Below the pieces are notes generated by a model. It worked only from the letters and a program-made list of their open reading frames with translations, had not been told where the DNA came from and did not search any database. From Octopus sinensis (taxonomy: Eukaryota): a stretch of 64,000 nt of DNA. Location: contig NC_043017.1 in the NCBI RefSeq assembly GCF_006345805.1, positions 15,872,001 to 15,936,000 on the forward strand. The letters are read 5' to 3'. Position numbers and translations under genes: made by a program. Shown piece by piece: positions 52,721 to 64,000 of the stretch (position 1 is its first letter; each line of letters starts with the position of its first letter).

Positions 52721-54326
52721 CCACCAGAGTCTACAACATAAACATTGCCACTCGCTACCCAGACATCTCTTCTCTGTTGTCCGACTTCAGAACAAAGAAA
52801 CTGCATTTTTAATAACATAACAATGGAGAGTGTTGGTGTGCTAGAAAGAGCAGCGAAGTCTTTCTCAAATCACAGCCAAATGTCCTTTTGAGAAGAATCC
52901 TTTTTTTTTAACCCTTTTGCATTCAGATTATTCTTTTGGAAGTAATGCTTTTTCTTTCACAATATGTTGTAACTTTGGAATTTTGATCACGTGATTGTAG
53001 ATTTTACAATGGCATTGAAGGGTAGGTGTGATAGGATGGATCTGGCTGGTTAGAACATAAAACACGGTCTGTTTAGATGCTAAATGGTCAATGTAGTCCT
53101 AGATAACTGAATATGAAAAAAAGATGAGATGGTCACAGCTGGAATGCATGTGATTATTGGTTGGCTCAGTCAGGGCTGACCCAGGGTTAAACTACAACAA
53201 CAACAACAGAAACAAAAGTTTAACTTTAAATTATGTTGGAAGGTTTATGGATCCATTATGAAAGAATTCTTTTGGAATTTGGTTGTGTAATGGAACCAGA
53301 AATGGTCGTAGTTGAGTTGGTGCCTCAGAACTAGACTTTCTCTAAGGTGGGATCATCATCAGACCCTGCACATTACTGTCTTTGAACCCTAGGGCTCACC
53401 GGACCACTTTCCCAGTTTCCATGGGGTGTAAGTGACCAAGATCGTAACATTTCTTCTCCTGGATGTGATGCTAGTCCATTCACAGGGTTAATTCATTTAC
53501 AGCTGAAATGAAGCATTTTGCTCAAAAACACAATACGTGGCCAGTCTGGAAATTGAAACCCTGATCTTTTGATTGTGAATGCAATGCCCTGAGCACTAGG
53601 CTAGGTGCCTTCATTTGAGATGGGTCAGCATTGAAGAATTAAAGGTTGTCTGCAGTGGGTTTGGTACCACACAGCCGAAAGTTATCAGAGGTGAACTGGT
53701 GTTGAAGTTCCAGAGGTTGTCTAATGTGTGAGACTATAATTTGGTTTTGTTAATCAATCTTTTGATAATGAATATATATTCAGTTTTGATGTATATTTAA
53801 TTTACAGTATCTGTGACCTTGGGTATAATTGTTGCCTTGGTAACAATGTATATATGCAATTAATTAATAGTTTTGCTAATTAAGAATGTTGTGAACATTT
53901 TTACTGTGGTGGCTAATATAATTGATGGAGACAGCCAAAGTAATTAAGTAAAATTATGGTTGTAGCAAAGAGAAAATAACCTTTATTTAATAATTGATTC
54001 TGATGGAGAAAAGCAAACGAGAAACATGTAAAATTTAAATGGATTTAAATTGAATATTGGCAACATGGGTGTGTGTGAAGGGGGAGGGGCGTGTATGGTG
54101 TTTGGTAAAAACGGATGATAACTTTGGACATATTTCAGTCTTATTTCACCTCATCAGTGTTATGTAACATTCAGTGATAGATGACAAATTGGCAGAGTTG
54201 TTAAATTGTCAGGTAAAATACCTTGTGGTATTTGTTCTGCCTCTGAATTCAAATCTTGCCAAGGTCAGCTTTGCTTTCCATCATTTTAGAGTTGGGAAAT
54301 AAATTTGGTTATATATTGGGGTAGGT

Positions 54327-54359
<33 letters not shown>

Positions 54360-55127
54360 TTCTCTCTCTCTCTCCCCTCTTTCTCTCTCTCCCCCCTCTC
54401 TCTCTCTTTCTGACTCTATGTTACATATTTTACAATGTGATAGGATCAGGGTCACTAATTGTAAAACCACCCAAGAAATCCCTATTAGGGACCGATTAAA
54501 CCTGTAGGTGTCAGCTGAAAGGAGGGCTCTGTATTCTCTCTAAACCTGCTAGAAATAGCAGCCCTGAGTTCATATGAGAGAACCAAGGCAGTGTTGGGCA
54601 GTTAAGGGTTAAGGGAACCATGTCACTCCTCAAGCCTCTTGCCATCTTTGAAATAGGGGTGGCGTGTTTAAAGTTAGTGTTAATTTTAGAACAGTTTGTT
54701 ATCCACTTGCACAATAACCGTGTGGTTTTGGGTTCAAAGCCACTGTGCAGCACCTTAGGCAAGTATCTCTTCTCTAGTCCTTAGTTAATGTGTGTTTGTG
54801 TTTCCTCATTTTCACATTGTGTTGGCTGTTAACCAATGCCATAAATTTGCAATCTTGCATGAAAACCTGCCCCGGCCATTGTGATGTTTGTGCTTAAAGG
54901 AGTCTGAGGGGAGATATCACCTTGCTTGGAAACGGACGAATGTAGGGAACAAGGAGAGCATCCAGCCATAGAAACTCTTCCTCAAATAAACTCTGTCAGA
55001 TCCATGCAAGCAGGGAAGTGTGGACATCCAACAAGGATGATGATGGGGATGATTAAGGATTGGTTTTTGAATGTCTGTTTGCAATTAGTTTGGCGATAAT
55101 TAAATAATATTCATTAGAATTCTCAAG

Positions 55128-55340
55128 GCAGCAAGATGGCCAAAATGCTTAGCATGCAGGGCAAAATGCTTCGTGGCATTTCGTCTGTCTTTATGTTCTG
55201 AGTTCAAACTCCTCTGAGGTCAGCTTTGCCTTTCATCCCTTTTAGGGCTTGATAAATTAAGTACCAGTGAAATACTGAGGTCAATGTAATCAACTTGTCC
55301 CCTCCCACCAAACTTTCAGGCCCTCTGCCTTTAATAGAAA
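55128..55340 (+). mobile_element. SINE family B
   Basis: Same motifs. Confidence 0.75.
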
Positions 55341-55374
55341 GAATTCATTAGGATTCTTACAAAAAAAAAAATAG

Positions 55375-55527
55375 GCATAGGTGTGGCTGCGTGGTAAGAA
55401 CCATATGGTTCTGGGTTCAGTCCCACTGCGTGGCACATTGGGCAAGTGTCTTCTGCTATAGCCTTGGGTCGACCAAAACCTTGTGAGTGGATTTGGTAGA
55501 CGGAAACTGAAAGAAGCTCGCCGTGTG

Positions 55528-55560
<33 letters not shown>

Positions 55561-56110
55561 TTACCCCCCCCCCCCATCATCGCTTGACAACTGATGTTGG
55601 TGTGTGTACGTCCCCATAACTTAGTGGTTCTGCAAAAGAGACTGATAGAAGAAATACTAGGCTTGTAAGGAATAAGTCCTGGGGTTGATTTGTTCGACTA
55701 AAGGCAGCGCTCCAGCATGACCGTAGTCAAATACTGAAACAAATAAAAGAATGGCTGTGTGGTTAAGAAGCTTGCTTTGCAGCCAAATGGTTTTGGGTTC
55801 AGTCCCAGTCCACACCACCTTGGGCAAGTGTCTTCTATAACAGCTCCAGGATGACTAATGTTTTATTAATCAGTTTGGTGGATGGAGACTGGGTGAAGCC
55901 CATTGTGTGTGTGTGTGTCTACCCCATGGCCACTGCTTGACAACTGGTGTCAGTTTGTTTATGTCCCTGTGACTTAGCAGTTCTGTAAAAGAGATTGATA
56001 GAATAAATACCGGACTTCAAAAAATAACAAAGTATCAGGGTTGATTTGTTTGACTTACAATCCTTCAAGGTGGTGCCCCAGCATGGCCACAGTCTAGGAA
56101 CTGAAATAAG
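55375..56110 (+). mobile_element. Two head-to-tail family A SINEs
   Basis: Heads at ~55378 and ~55750 and two tails (55740, 56100); the copies are diverged from each other. Confidence 0.8.
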
Positions 56111-56702
56111 TGAAAATACATGATTACCCAATATTTAAAAATTTATCTCCCCCCCACAACAAAAAAAAGCAAAAACTAGTTACTTGGAATTCTGAGAAAT
56201 ATGGCAAATCATTTCTTGTAGTTTGAACCTGGTAACTTCAGCCATAAAAATGGCCTTATTGGCCCATAAACATGTATGGGACAATGTTTATAGATGAACA
56301 GGTAATGAAGTATTTAGGTTAGACAAGGGTTTCTAGATTATTCAAGTTATTCAAGCTTCAGTTTGTTACACCTATAATCAGAGGTCACCTGGATTAGGTA
56401 ACACCAGGTGAAAACAGATCAGTTGACTTTCTCATACAAAGAACAACAAAATAGTTTAAATTTTCTTTCATGAATGGTTTTGCAGAAATATCTAAAAAAA
56501 AAAAAAACGAAAAAGAAGAGTTTTCTGTAAAATTCCACAACTTTACAATTCCATTGTTGTCTGGGAGATTTGGTCAGATTCTATGGAAGAATTCTGATAA
56601 ATGAATAAGGCATCACTGTGTGTGTGTGGGGGGGGAGTACATGTGTTTGTGAGTATAATTGTGTCTACGTATTTGTGCATATATCCATTTGCATGTGTAT
56701 AT

Positions 56703-56742
<40 letters not shown>

Positions 56743-57343
56743 CATGTCTGTATGTATGTATGTATGTATGTATGCATGCATTTGTATATGTACTTGTGTA
56801 TGTGTTTTATGTGTGTGTGTGTATATATGTATGTACACATACACAGAAAGCGTATGTGATATACACGCTGATATTCCTAAATCCTGCTTGTGTATATATT
56901 GGGGTGTGTGTGTCCTTGTTCCTGATATCTTGCAATAGTCGTAAATGAATGTCACTGTCATACAAGTGGTGTCCTTCCATGAAAACATGTCCAGCCTTGG
57001 GGAAATCTTACAGAAGATCTACGTCAAAGAATTCTAACCCATGCAAGCATGGAAAACTGGATGTTAAACACACACACACACACACACTCTCTCTCTCTCT
57101 TTCTATATTTCAATGTTATTGTCACAGTTTCTGTATAAATTTCTTTTCTTCTTTTCCAGGTAAGTGGTTCCACTTCACTAAAAGATATTATTATTACTGT
57201 ATTCTTTGAATACCTGGATCTCCTTATACTCCTAACTGAGCATAGGTAAGTCACTTTGGTTATTCCATAACGATCTGAATTAGCCACTGCCAGTTGTTTC
57301 ATAAACTGCTTAGAATTGGTAAAATATCAGAGAAAACAACTTG

Positions 57344-57385
<42 letters not shown>

Positions 57386-57681
57386 CCTTCGAAACGTGGA
57401 GCAGACGAAACAGGGGCAACTGAAGAAGGGGAATATTCCTTGTATTGTTCGTCTTGTACTCTGTTTTTTCGTTGTTTGAAAACAGGTTTGTTTCCATGTT
57501 TTTGTGTTTATGTTTTCGTTTCTCATTGTGTTCAATGTTTTTTTGGTGTCCTGTACCCATATATGCATGTATATGTACATATATATGTAGGTATGTGCAT
57601 ATATATATGTATATATGCATTTATTTTTTTTATATTATTATATGATCGAATACCACACATCCTTTTCCAAGTAAGTTTTAT

Positions 57682-57734
<53 letters not shown>

Positions 57735-57959
57735 ATCAATATAGGGTGGTGAAAAAAATTTTGTAGAATTCTTTTTGCCACCAGCGGCCTAGTGGGAAAA
57801 AAATTAAATAGTCATAGACCATTTTTAAGTTCAACATCAACAATCAAGGAACGGCCATAATAGGCCATTCACCCACTAGAAATAACAGCCAAAGCTTCAA
57901 CCGCAAATAAAGATCAATTCCGTAAACAGGAGAAAATTTAAAAAAACATTTACCCTGTA

Positions 57960-58065
57960 ATTCTTGTACGATGCACCGTTTCGTCTGCTGTTTAATGGTA
58001 AACTAACCTGATTAAATTAAATCAAGCCAATCTTCCATAGGCCCTCAGATTCTTCAGCAAGAAAT
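57960..58065 (-). ncRNA. Type I hammerhead ribozyme (direct copy 1)
   Basis: Same sequence with one T fewer in the stem I 3' strand (6-bp stem I); predicted cleavage between 57967 and 57966. Confidence 0.75.
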
Positions 58066-58451
58066 AGCCAAGTCGGAACAGATATTTTCACGAGGCATTT
58101 CCGACCCTGCCAAGTTAATATCTGACCTAAAATTTTCAAATCGTCGCACTCGCGCCAAATTTATCGGCAGCAAATAAATATAAGCCGTCGATTCCATTAC
58201 GGAATTAACCAGAAAATTCATAATTAATCAATATAGGGTGGTGAAAAAAATTTTGTAGAATTCTTTTTGCCACCAGCGGCCTAGTGGGAAAAAAATTAAA
58301 TAGTCATAGACCATTTTTAAGTTCAACATCAACAATCAAGGAACGGCCATAATAGGCCATTCACCCACTAGAAATAACAGCCAAAGCTTCAACCGCAAAT
58401 AAAGATCAATTCCGTAAACAGGAGAAAATTTAAAAAAACATTTACCCTGTA

Positions 58452-58558
58452 ATTTCTTGTACGATGCACCGTTTCGTCTGCTGTTTAATGGTAAACTAAC
58501 CTGATTAAATTAAATCAAGCCAATCTTCCATAGGCCCTCAGATTCTTCAGCAAGAAAT
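58452..58558 (-). ncRNA. Type I hammerhead ribozyme (direct copy 2)
   Basis: Reverse complement of 58836-58942; predicted cleavage between 58460 and 58459 on the minus strand. Confidence 0.8.
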
Positions 58559-58835
58559 AGCCAAGTCGGAACAGATATTTTCACGAGGCATTTCCGACCC
58601 TGCCAAGTTAATATCTGACCTAAAATTTTCAAATCGTCGCACTCGCGCCAAATTTATCGGCAGCAAATATTGATTAATTATGAATTTTCTGGTTAATTCC
58701 GTAATGGAATCGACGGCTTATATTTATTTGCTGCCGATAAATTTGGCGCGAGTGCGACGATTTGAAAATTTTAGGTCAGATATTAACTTGGCAGGGTCGG
58801 AAATGCCTCGTGAAAATATCTGTTCCGACTTGGCT

Positions 58836-58942
58836 ATTTCTTGCTGAAGAATCTGAGGGCCTATGGAAGATTGGCTTGATTTAATTTAATCAGGTTAGTT
58901 TACCATTAAACAGCAGACGAAACGGTGCATCGTACAAGAAAT
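58836..58942 (+). ncRNA. Type I hammerhead ribozyme (inverted copy)
   Basis: Stem I ATTTCTTG (58836-43) pairs with CAAGAAAT (58935-42). Core CTGAAGA 58844-50, long stem II 58851-58918, GAAA 58919-22. Stem III ACG/CGT around GTGCAT, cleavage triplet GTA (after 58934). The 10.1-11.1 position is A.C rather than G-C. Confidence 0.8.
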
Positions 58943-59061
58943 TACAGGGTAAATGTTTTTTAAATTTTCTCCTGTTTACGGAATTGATCTTTATTTGCGG
59001 TTGAAGCTTTGGCTGTTATTTCTAGTGGGTGAATGGCCTATTATGGCCGTTCCTTGATTGT

Positions 59062-59105
<44 letters not shown>

Positions 59106-59108
59106 TAT

Positions 59109-59174
59109 AATATGACCATCCCCATGTATAATATATATATATATATATATTATACATGGAGATGGTGTCATATT
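59109..59174. repeat. Short fold-back with (TA)n centre
   Basis: AATATGACCATCCCCATGTATAAT vs ATTATACATGGAGATGGTGTCATATT. Confidence 0.7.
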
Positions 59175-59202
59175 TTTTGCCCCCAATTAAACACTTGCGC
59201 TA

Positions 59203-59362
59203 TTTATTTGATCTTCCCATTAGGTTTTAGCTTTCATTCATATTATTTTTAGTTTTTACGTCTGTCAAAGTCCTTTCATCACAGAAAGTGTGCCGAAAGA
59301 ACTTTGACAGACGTAAAAACTAAATATAATCGCAATAAAAACTAAAGTGAAGATCAAATAAA
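59203..59362. repeat. Fold-back element
   Basis: 24-bp perfect inverted repeat 59248-59271/59301-59324 plus a 14-bp outer pair 59203-59216/59349-59362. Confidence 0.8.
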
Positions 59363-59459
59363 CAGGGAGTGGCAGAAAAAAGATGATGATGATACACGTT
59401 TTCACATCATGAACCTTGCAGGACAAATACGTGTGTGTGTGTGTGTATATAGGCCCGCC

Positions 59460-59630
59460 TTACTACTCCTGTGCTGGTGGCACGTAAAAAGCACCCACTA
59501 CACTCTTAGAATGGTTGGCGTTAGGAAAGGCATCCAGCTGTAGAAACTCTGCCTGACCAGACTGGAGCTCTCAGTCAAACCGTCCGACCCCTGCCAGCAT
59601 GGAAAACGGATGTTAATCGATGATGATGAA
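59460..59630 (+). mobile_element. Family D RTE 3' end
   Basis: Same diagnostic motifs and (GAT)n tail. Confidence 0.7.
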
Positions 59631-60227
59631 GAGTTTCTTTACATTGTGAGTTCCTTTCTCTGAAATATGAAGTCATGTGATTTATGCTGGAGGCCATGGT
59701 ATTAGTGGACTGTCCGTAATCAGAGGAGTGTCAGACAAAATGACTGGCTGTATTTAGTTACATCATTCTGTGACCTTTTTAGTGAAAACACAACAGAGAT
59801 CAACTTTCACTCCTTCTGTGATTTGTTGATGAAATAAAATACCAGTCATATAATGAGGTTGAGTCTTTATAACTGAATTCTCCGTTTTTGTTCCAGTATT
59901 TAACCCTTGCTGGTTTTAGTCATTGGACTGTGGCCATGCTGGGGCACTACCTTGAAGGGGTTTTAGGTGAACAAATTGACCCCTCTACGTATTTTGTTTC
60001 TTTAAGGTCTGCTACTCATTCTGTCAGTCTTTTCTTGCTGAACCGCTAAGTACAAGGACATAAAGAAACTAACACCGGTTCTCAAGGGGGGGGGGTAAAT
60101 AAAAAAGGCACAATGTTGCATGCACATATAGATATATGTGTGTATACATGATATACAGATGTATATAGATGTGTGTGTGTGTGTGTGTGTATAGGTATGT
60201 ATTTGTAAATGTATGTGTAAATGTATG

Positions 60228-60258
<31 letters not shown>

Positions 60259-60269
60259 TATATTTATAT

Positions 60270-60482
60270 ATCATCATCATCATCGTTTAATGTCTGCTTT
60301 CCATGCTAGCATGGGTTGGACAATTTGACGGAGGACTGGCGAACCAGATGGCTGCACCAGGCTTCAATCTTGATCTGGCAGAGTTTCCACAGCTGGATGC
60401 CCTTCCTAATGGCAACCACTCTGAGAGTGTAGTGGGTGCTTTTACATGCCACCGGCACGAGGGCCAGTCAGGCGGAACAGGC
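60270..60482 (-). mobile_element. Family D RTE 3' end
   Basis: Same motifs reversed. Confidence 0.75.
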
Positions 60483-60536
60483 AATGTGTGTATACTTATA
60501 CATATGTACGCGTGTGTATATATATATGTGTCTGTG

Positions 60537-60692
<156 letters not shown>

Positions 60693-60720
60693 GTATATAT
60701 ATATATATAATATATATATA

Positions 60721-60770
<50 letters not shown>

Positions 60771-60812
60771 ATATATATATATATACATACGTATGTACGT
60801 ATAAGAGAAGAA

Positions 60813-60956
60813 CTTTCAGTTTCCGTCTACCAAATCCACTCACAAGGCTTTGGTCGACCCGAGGCTACAGCAGAAGACACTTGCCCAAGGTGCCAATCAG
60901 TAGGACTGAACCTGTAACCATGTAGTTGGGAAGCAAGCTTCTTACCACACAGCCAT
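60813..60956 (-). mobile_element. SINE family A, 5' half
   Basis: CTTTCAGTTTCCGTCTACCAAATCCACTCACAAGGCTTTGG...CTTACCACACAGCC. Confidence 0.75.
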
Positions 60957-61099
60957 GCTTTCTTTAAAGGGTCTGTTGTCAACAGCATCTTTGTTTGTCC
61001 CTTTTTATTGCCAAAGATCTGTAAGGAACTAAACCAATCTGGATTGCTGCTACAACATTTAATAATGGTTAATGAAGGTTGTTAAGAAAATATTGTTGC

Positions 61100-61545
61100 T
61101 TATTCCTTTGCACATCCAAAACCTTTTCGTAACTTTGTCCTGAACGTCCATTCTTGTTTCCAGACTTGTTTTAGTCAGCCCTCGTTTCATACGTTCTGAG
61201 AAACATAAGCCTTTCCTTTTACAAATTCCAAATCACTCTAATGGTTGAAAACAATGTCTAGATGCCAGAGAAATATGTTTTGTGTATCAGATGTGATGGA
61301 CAAATGGTTAAGCCCACCATCAGGCCCCTGTTGCAACCACAGCATCACAAACTATGGAGACAATTGTTTGACATTTAAGACTTTTGCCTGTCTAAAACAT
61401 TTTCATAGCTTTGCCCTAAAAATCTGTGCTTGTTTTCAGGCTTTTAGTCAGCCCTTGTTTCCTATGTTCTGGGTAACATAAAGCTTTCCTTTTGCAAGTC
61501 TCAGATTGCTGTAATGGTTAAAATGCAATTCAGAATGTGTATCAT
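61100..61545. repeat. Diverged ~273-bp-period direct duplication
   Basis: TTTTAGTCAGCCCT.GTTTC.TA.GTTCTG.G.AACATAA..CTTTCCTTTT occurs at ~61169 and ~61442. Confidence 0.75.
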
Positions 61546-61887
61546 ATATGGTGCAGGGGACCATATCAGATGTCCAACACAGGGCAGGCAGAGGTTTTAA
61601 ACTATATTTTCTACCTTTTATCTACTGTGATAAAGATATGGAAGTGGTTTTAGCAAAATAAAATTTCTTGGGAAAGAGAAAAAAATGACACTTCTCAGGA
61701 AAATATATATCTTCAGATAAAAGAAAAAAAGGAAGCATCGTGCCTAAAAGATAAATGATTTTCTGTTACTGATAGAATTTAAGAAGAAACAGAGAGATAA
61801 GGGAAAGTTTCAGTATCTGCCACAGGAATTTTATGAAGTGAATATGGAGTAGATGTAAGAACGCTTGTATGAATAACAAACTTCCTC

Positions 61888-61930
<43 letters not shown>

Positions 61931-62310
61931 ACACACTTATTTATTTATGCCCCAGCAGCTTATTTTGCTGAACTCTGTCAAATTGAACAATTATTGTAGG
62001 TATTGAAACTGTGATGATATTTGGTCAATTAGTGATGCGGGGTCCAGCGGGTTTCCTGTTTTTCTGTATGTCTCTTCGTTATCTCCCTGGGCCAGACTTG
62101 CATTACACACACACATAAATGTAGTGAATGGGAAATCAAATGAAAGTATAATTCTAGGAAACTAAGTCATTTGATCTCTTCGAAGCAACCCACATTCGTT
62201 CACACTGATATGCATCCTCACGCTTTATTGGAAAAATGTGTCATGGGAATGGAATTTAGATTGTTGCTGAAGGTCAAGGTTGAGGCTTCACTCACGTACA
62301 CACACACACA

Positions 62311-62360
<50 letters not shown>

Positions 62361-62365
62361 AACAT

Positions 62366-62427
<62 letters not shown>

Positions 62428-62984
62428 CACATACAAACATGCACACATACCAAATTCACTCACAAGTCATTGGTCGACCAAGAGTGGTAGAATTCTAGTT
62501 TGACCCCAAATTGATCAATACTCAAGGTGCTGTGCAGTGGGGCTGAACCTGAAACCACCAGCTTAAGGAGTGTACTTCTTAACCCCAGTCATGACTACAT
62601 TTGTCTCATTATTGAAATAAATGAAGGAATTTGCTACTTTACCGAATATAACCAAATTGGTGAAACAGGGAGAGAGAGGGACCTCTTCATGGTAGCATTA
62701 GATGCTAGAAATAGCAGCTAAATTCCTTTCAAATTAATCCTCAGCCAAAGATATGGCCCAAATGCTTACTACAGAGTGAAAACCAATAAAAACACTCAAG
62801 GACCTAGGGACAACATTATTTTAATGGTTTTGATATATAAAAGGGAATGGGTTTTCACAATAACTCACTAGGTAGAGTGCAGGACTGTTGAAAGTTATCA
62901 AAATGTGTAATCGTTAGATCAGTTCTCCAAACGTGTCTCATGAAATCCTGCTTTGTTGTAAAGGGGTCAGCTGGGAGAATGGTT

Positions 62985-63485
62985 ACTGCACTGGACAAAG
63001 TGCTTAGCGACATTTTGTCCATCTTTACATTCTCAGTTCAAATTTACCTGGGTCCACTTTGCCTTTCATCCATTCAGGGTTGATAAAATGAGTACCAGTT
63101 GAGCACTGGGGTCGATGTAATTGATTTACCCCTCCCCCTAAATTGCTGGCTTTGTGCCAAACGAATATATAAAAGAGAGTGTAGGAATGTTTCAAGTTGT
63201 AGGCAACAGTTTTTACACTGAGGCAGTTGAGATTCTGTGTAAGGGTCCATACTTTTCAAGCAGAAATGCACAAGTTATGAGAGTGTCTCTAGCCTAAGGT
63301 GTTCTTTTCTACTCTAAGCACAAGGCCCGAAATTTTTGTGGGAGGGGCCAGTCAATTAGATCGACCCCAGTACACAACTGGTACATAATTTATCAACCCC
63401 GAAAGGATGAAAGGCAAGGTCGGCTCAGCAGAATTTGAACTCAGAACATAAAGACAGACAAGCATTTCACCTGGCATTGCCACCT
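62985..63485. mobile_element. Two family B SINEs in opposite orientation (62985-63160 +, 63312-63485 -)
   Basis: B-box motifs on opposite strands. Confidence 0.7.
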
Positions 63486-64000
63486 TTCTTGCTGAAGATA
63501 TTGATTAAACCAGGTAATAAGGCCAGGTGCAGCTACAGCTTGAAATATTAGCCAGGTGAAGGATTCATTGGGAAGAAACCTGCCCACATATCTGAACAAA
63601 AGCAATCGTGAAAAAAAAGCATTTGTCTCCTGGCATTTGTTTTTTGTAGTTGGTGGCACATCTCTGGCCCATATGTGGTGCACCTGTGTGACACACTTGC
63701 GCACTGCAGGTGTGTTTTATGCTTGAAAATGACTGTCGTACAGTTGTTGCTTAATCTGCTAGAAATAGCAGTCAAATTTACTTGGAGTCACAGTCAGAAA
63801 GATACACTGGAGACTGTAGTTGTTGATAAAAAGAAAGAAGAAAAAAGACAGGATGGTCATGGTTGGAATGCCTTTGATCTGAGGCTTGTGGGATGGGATT
63901 ATAGGGCTGATTGTAGGGTAAACAATGACTATCACCTTGATGATGATTTCCACCACCACCACCATTGCTGCTACTACTACTACTACAAAACTATTTCCCC

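Larger units (their letters stand above)
57732..59065. mobile_element. Hammerhead-containing ~492-bp repeat array (retrozyme / Penelope pLTR-like): 2 direct copies + 1 inverted copy
   Basis: TTAATCAATATAGGGTGG starts at 57732 and 58224 (period 492). Copy 2 breaks at 58669 and is followed by the reverse complement of 57836-58234 (58667-59065). Copies differ only in homopolymer lengths. (TA)n tracts flank both sides, and each copy contains a hammerhead fold. Confidence 0.8.

Noticed and set aside
57849-57879. Helitron 3' end (hairpin + CTAG)
   Set aside because: CTAG is followed by A, is not at a unit boundary, and no 5' TC junction is evident. The hammerhead explains the unit better.
57732-59065. 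CRISPR array or viral/plasmid insert
   Set aside because: The units are identical with no unique spacers and no cas or Rep ORF; the longest ORF I found is 55 aa with no recognisable motif.
62030-62100. GC-richer segment as a minus-strand exon (GDNEETYRKTGNPLDPAS)
   Set aside because: The acceptor is weak, there is no donor, and I recognise no homology.

Overview
This is AT-rich eukaryotic non-coding DNA, saturated with microsatellites ((TA)n, (CA)n, (TACA)n, (CAT)n, (GGT)n) and dispersed repeats. The repeat families resemble those I recall from Octopus genomes; that assignment is an inference, not a database result. I found no intact protein-coding gene, and the supplied ORFs are mostly microsatellite read-throughs. 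Recognisable content: three tRNA-derived SINE families (here A, B, C), many 3' ends of RTE LINEs with (GAT)n tails, decayed CR1-group, Tx1/L1-like and R4/Dong LINE fragments, a mariner deletion derivative, several MITEs/fold-backs and two recent tandem duplications. The standout is 57732-59065: a ~492-bp unit present as two head-to-tail copies plus one inverted copy, sitting between (TA)n tracts. Each copy carries a type I hammerhead ribozyme fold (8-bp stem I, CUGAAGA, long stem II, GAAA, self-complementary stem III, GUA cleavage site). This looks like a young retrozyme or Penelope-type ribozyme repeat that could yield ~493-nt monomer or circular RNAs. Decayed hammerhead-like cores also occur elsewhere in the window, some inside TA-associated hairpin elements. 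Repeat boundaries were read by eye and are approximate.
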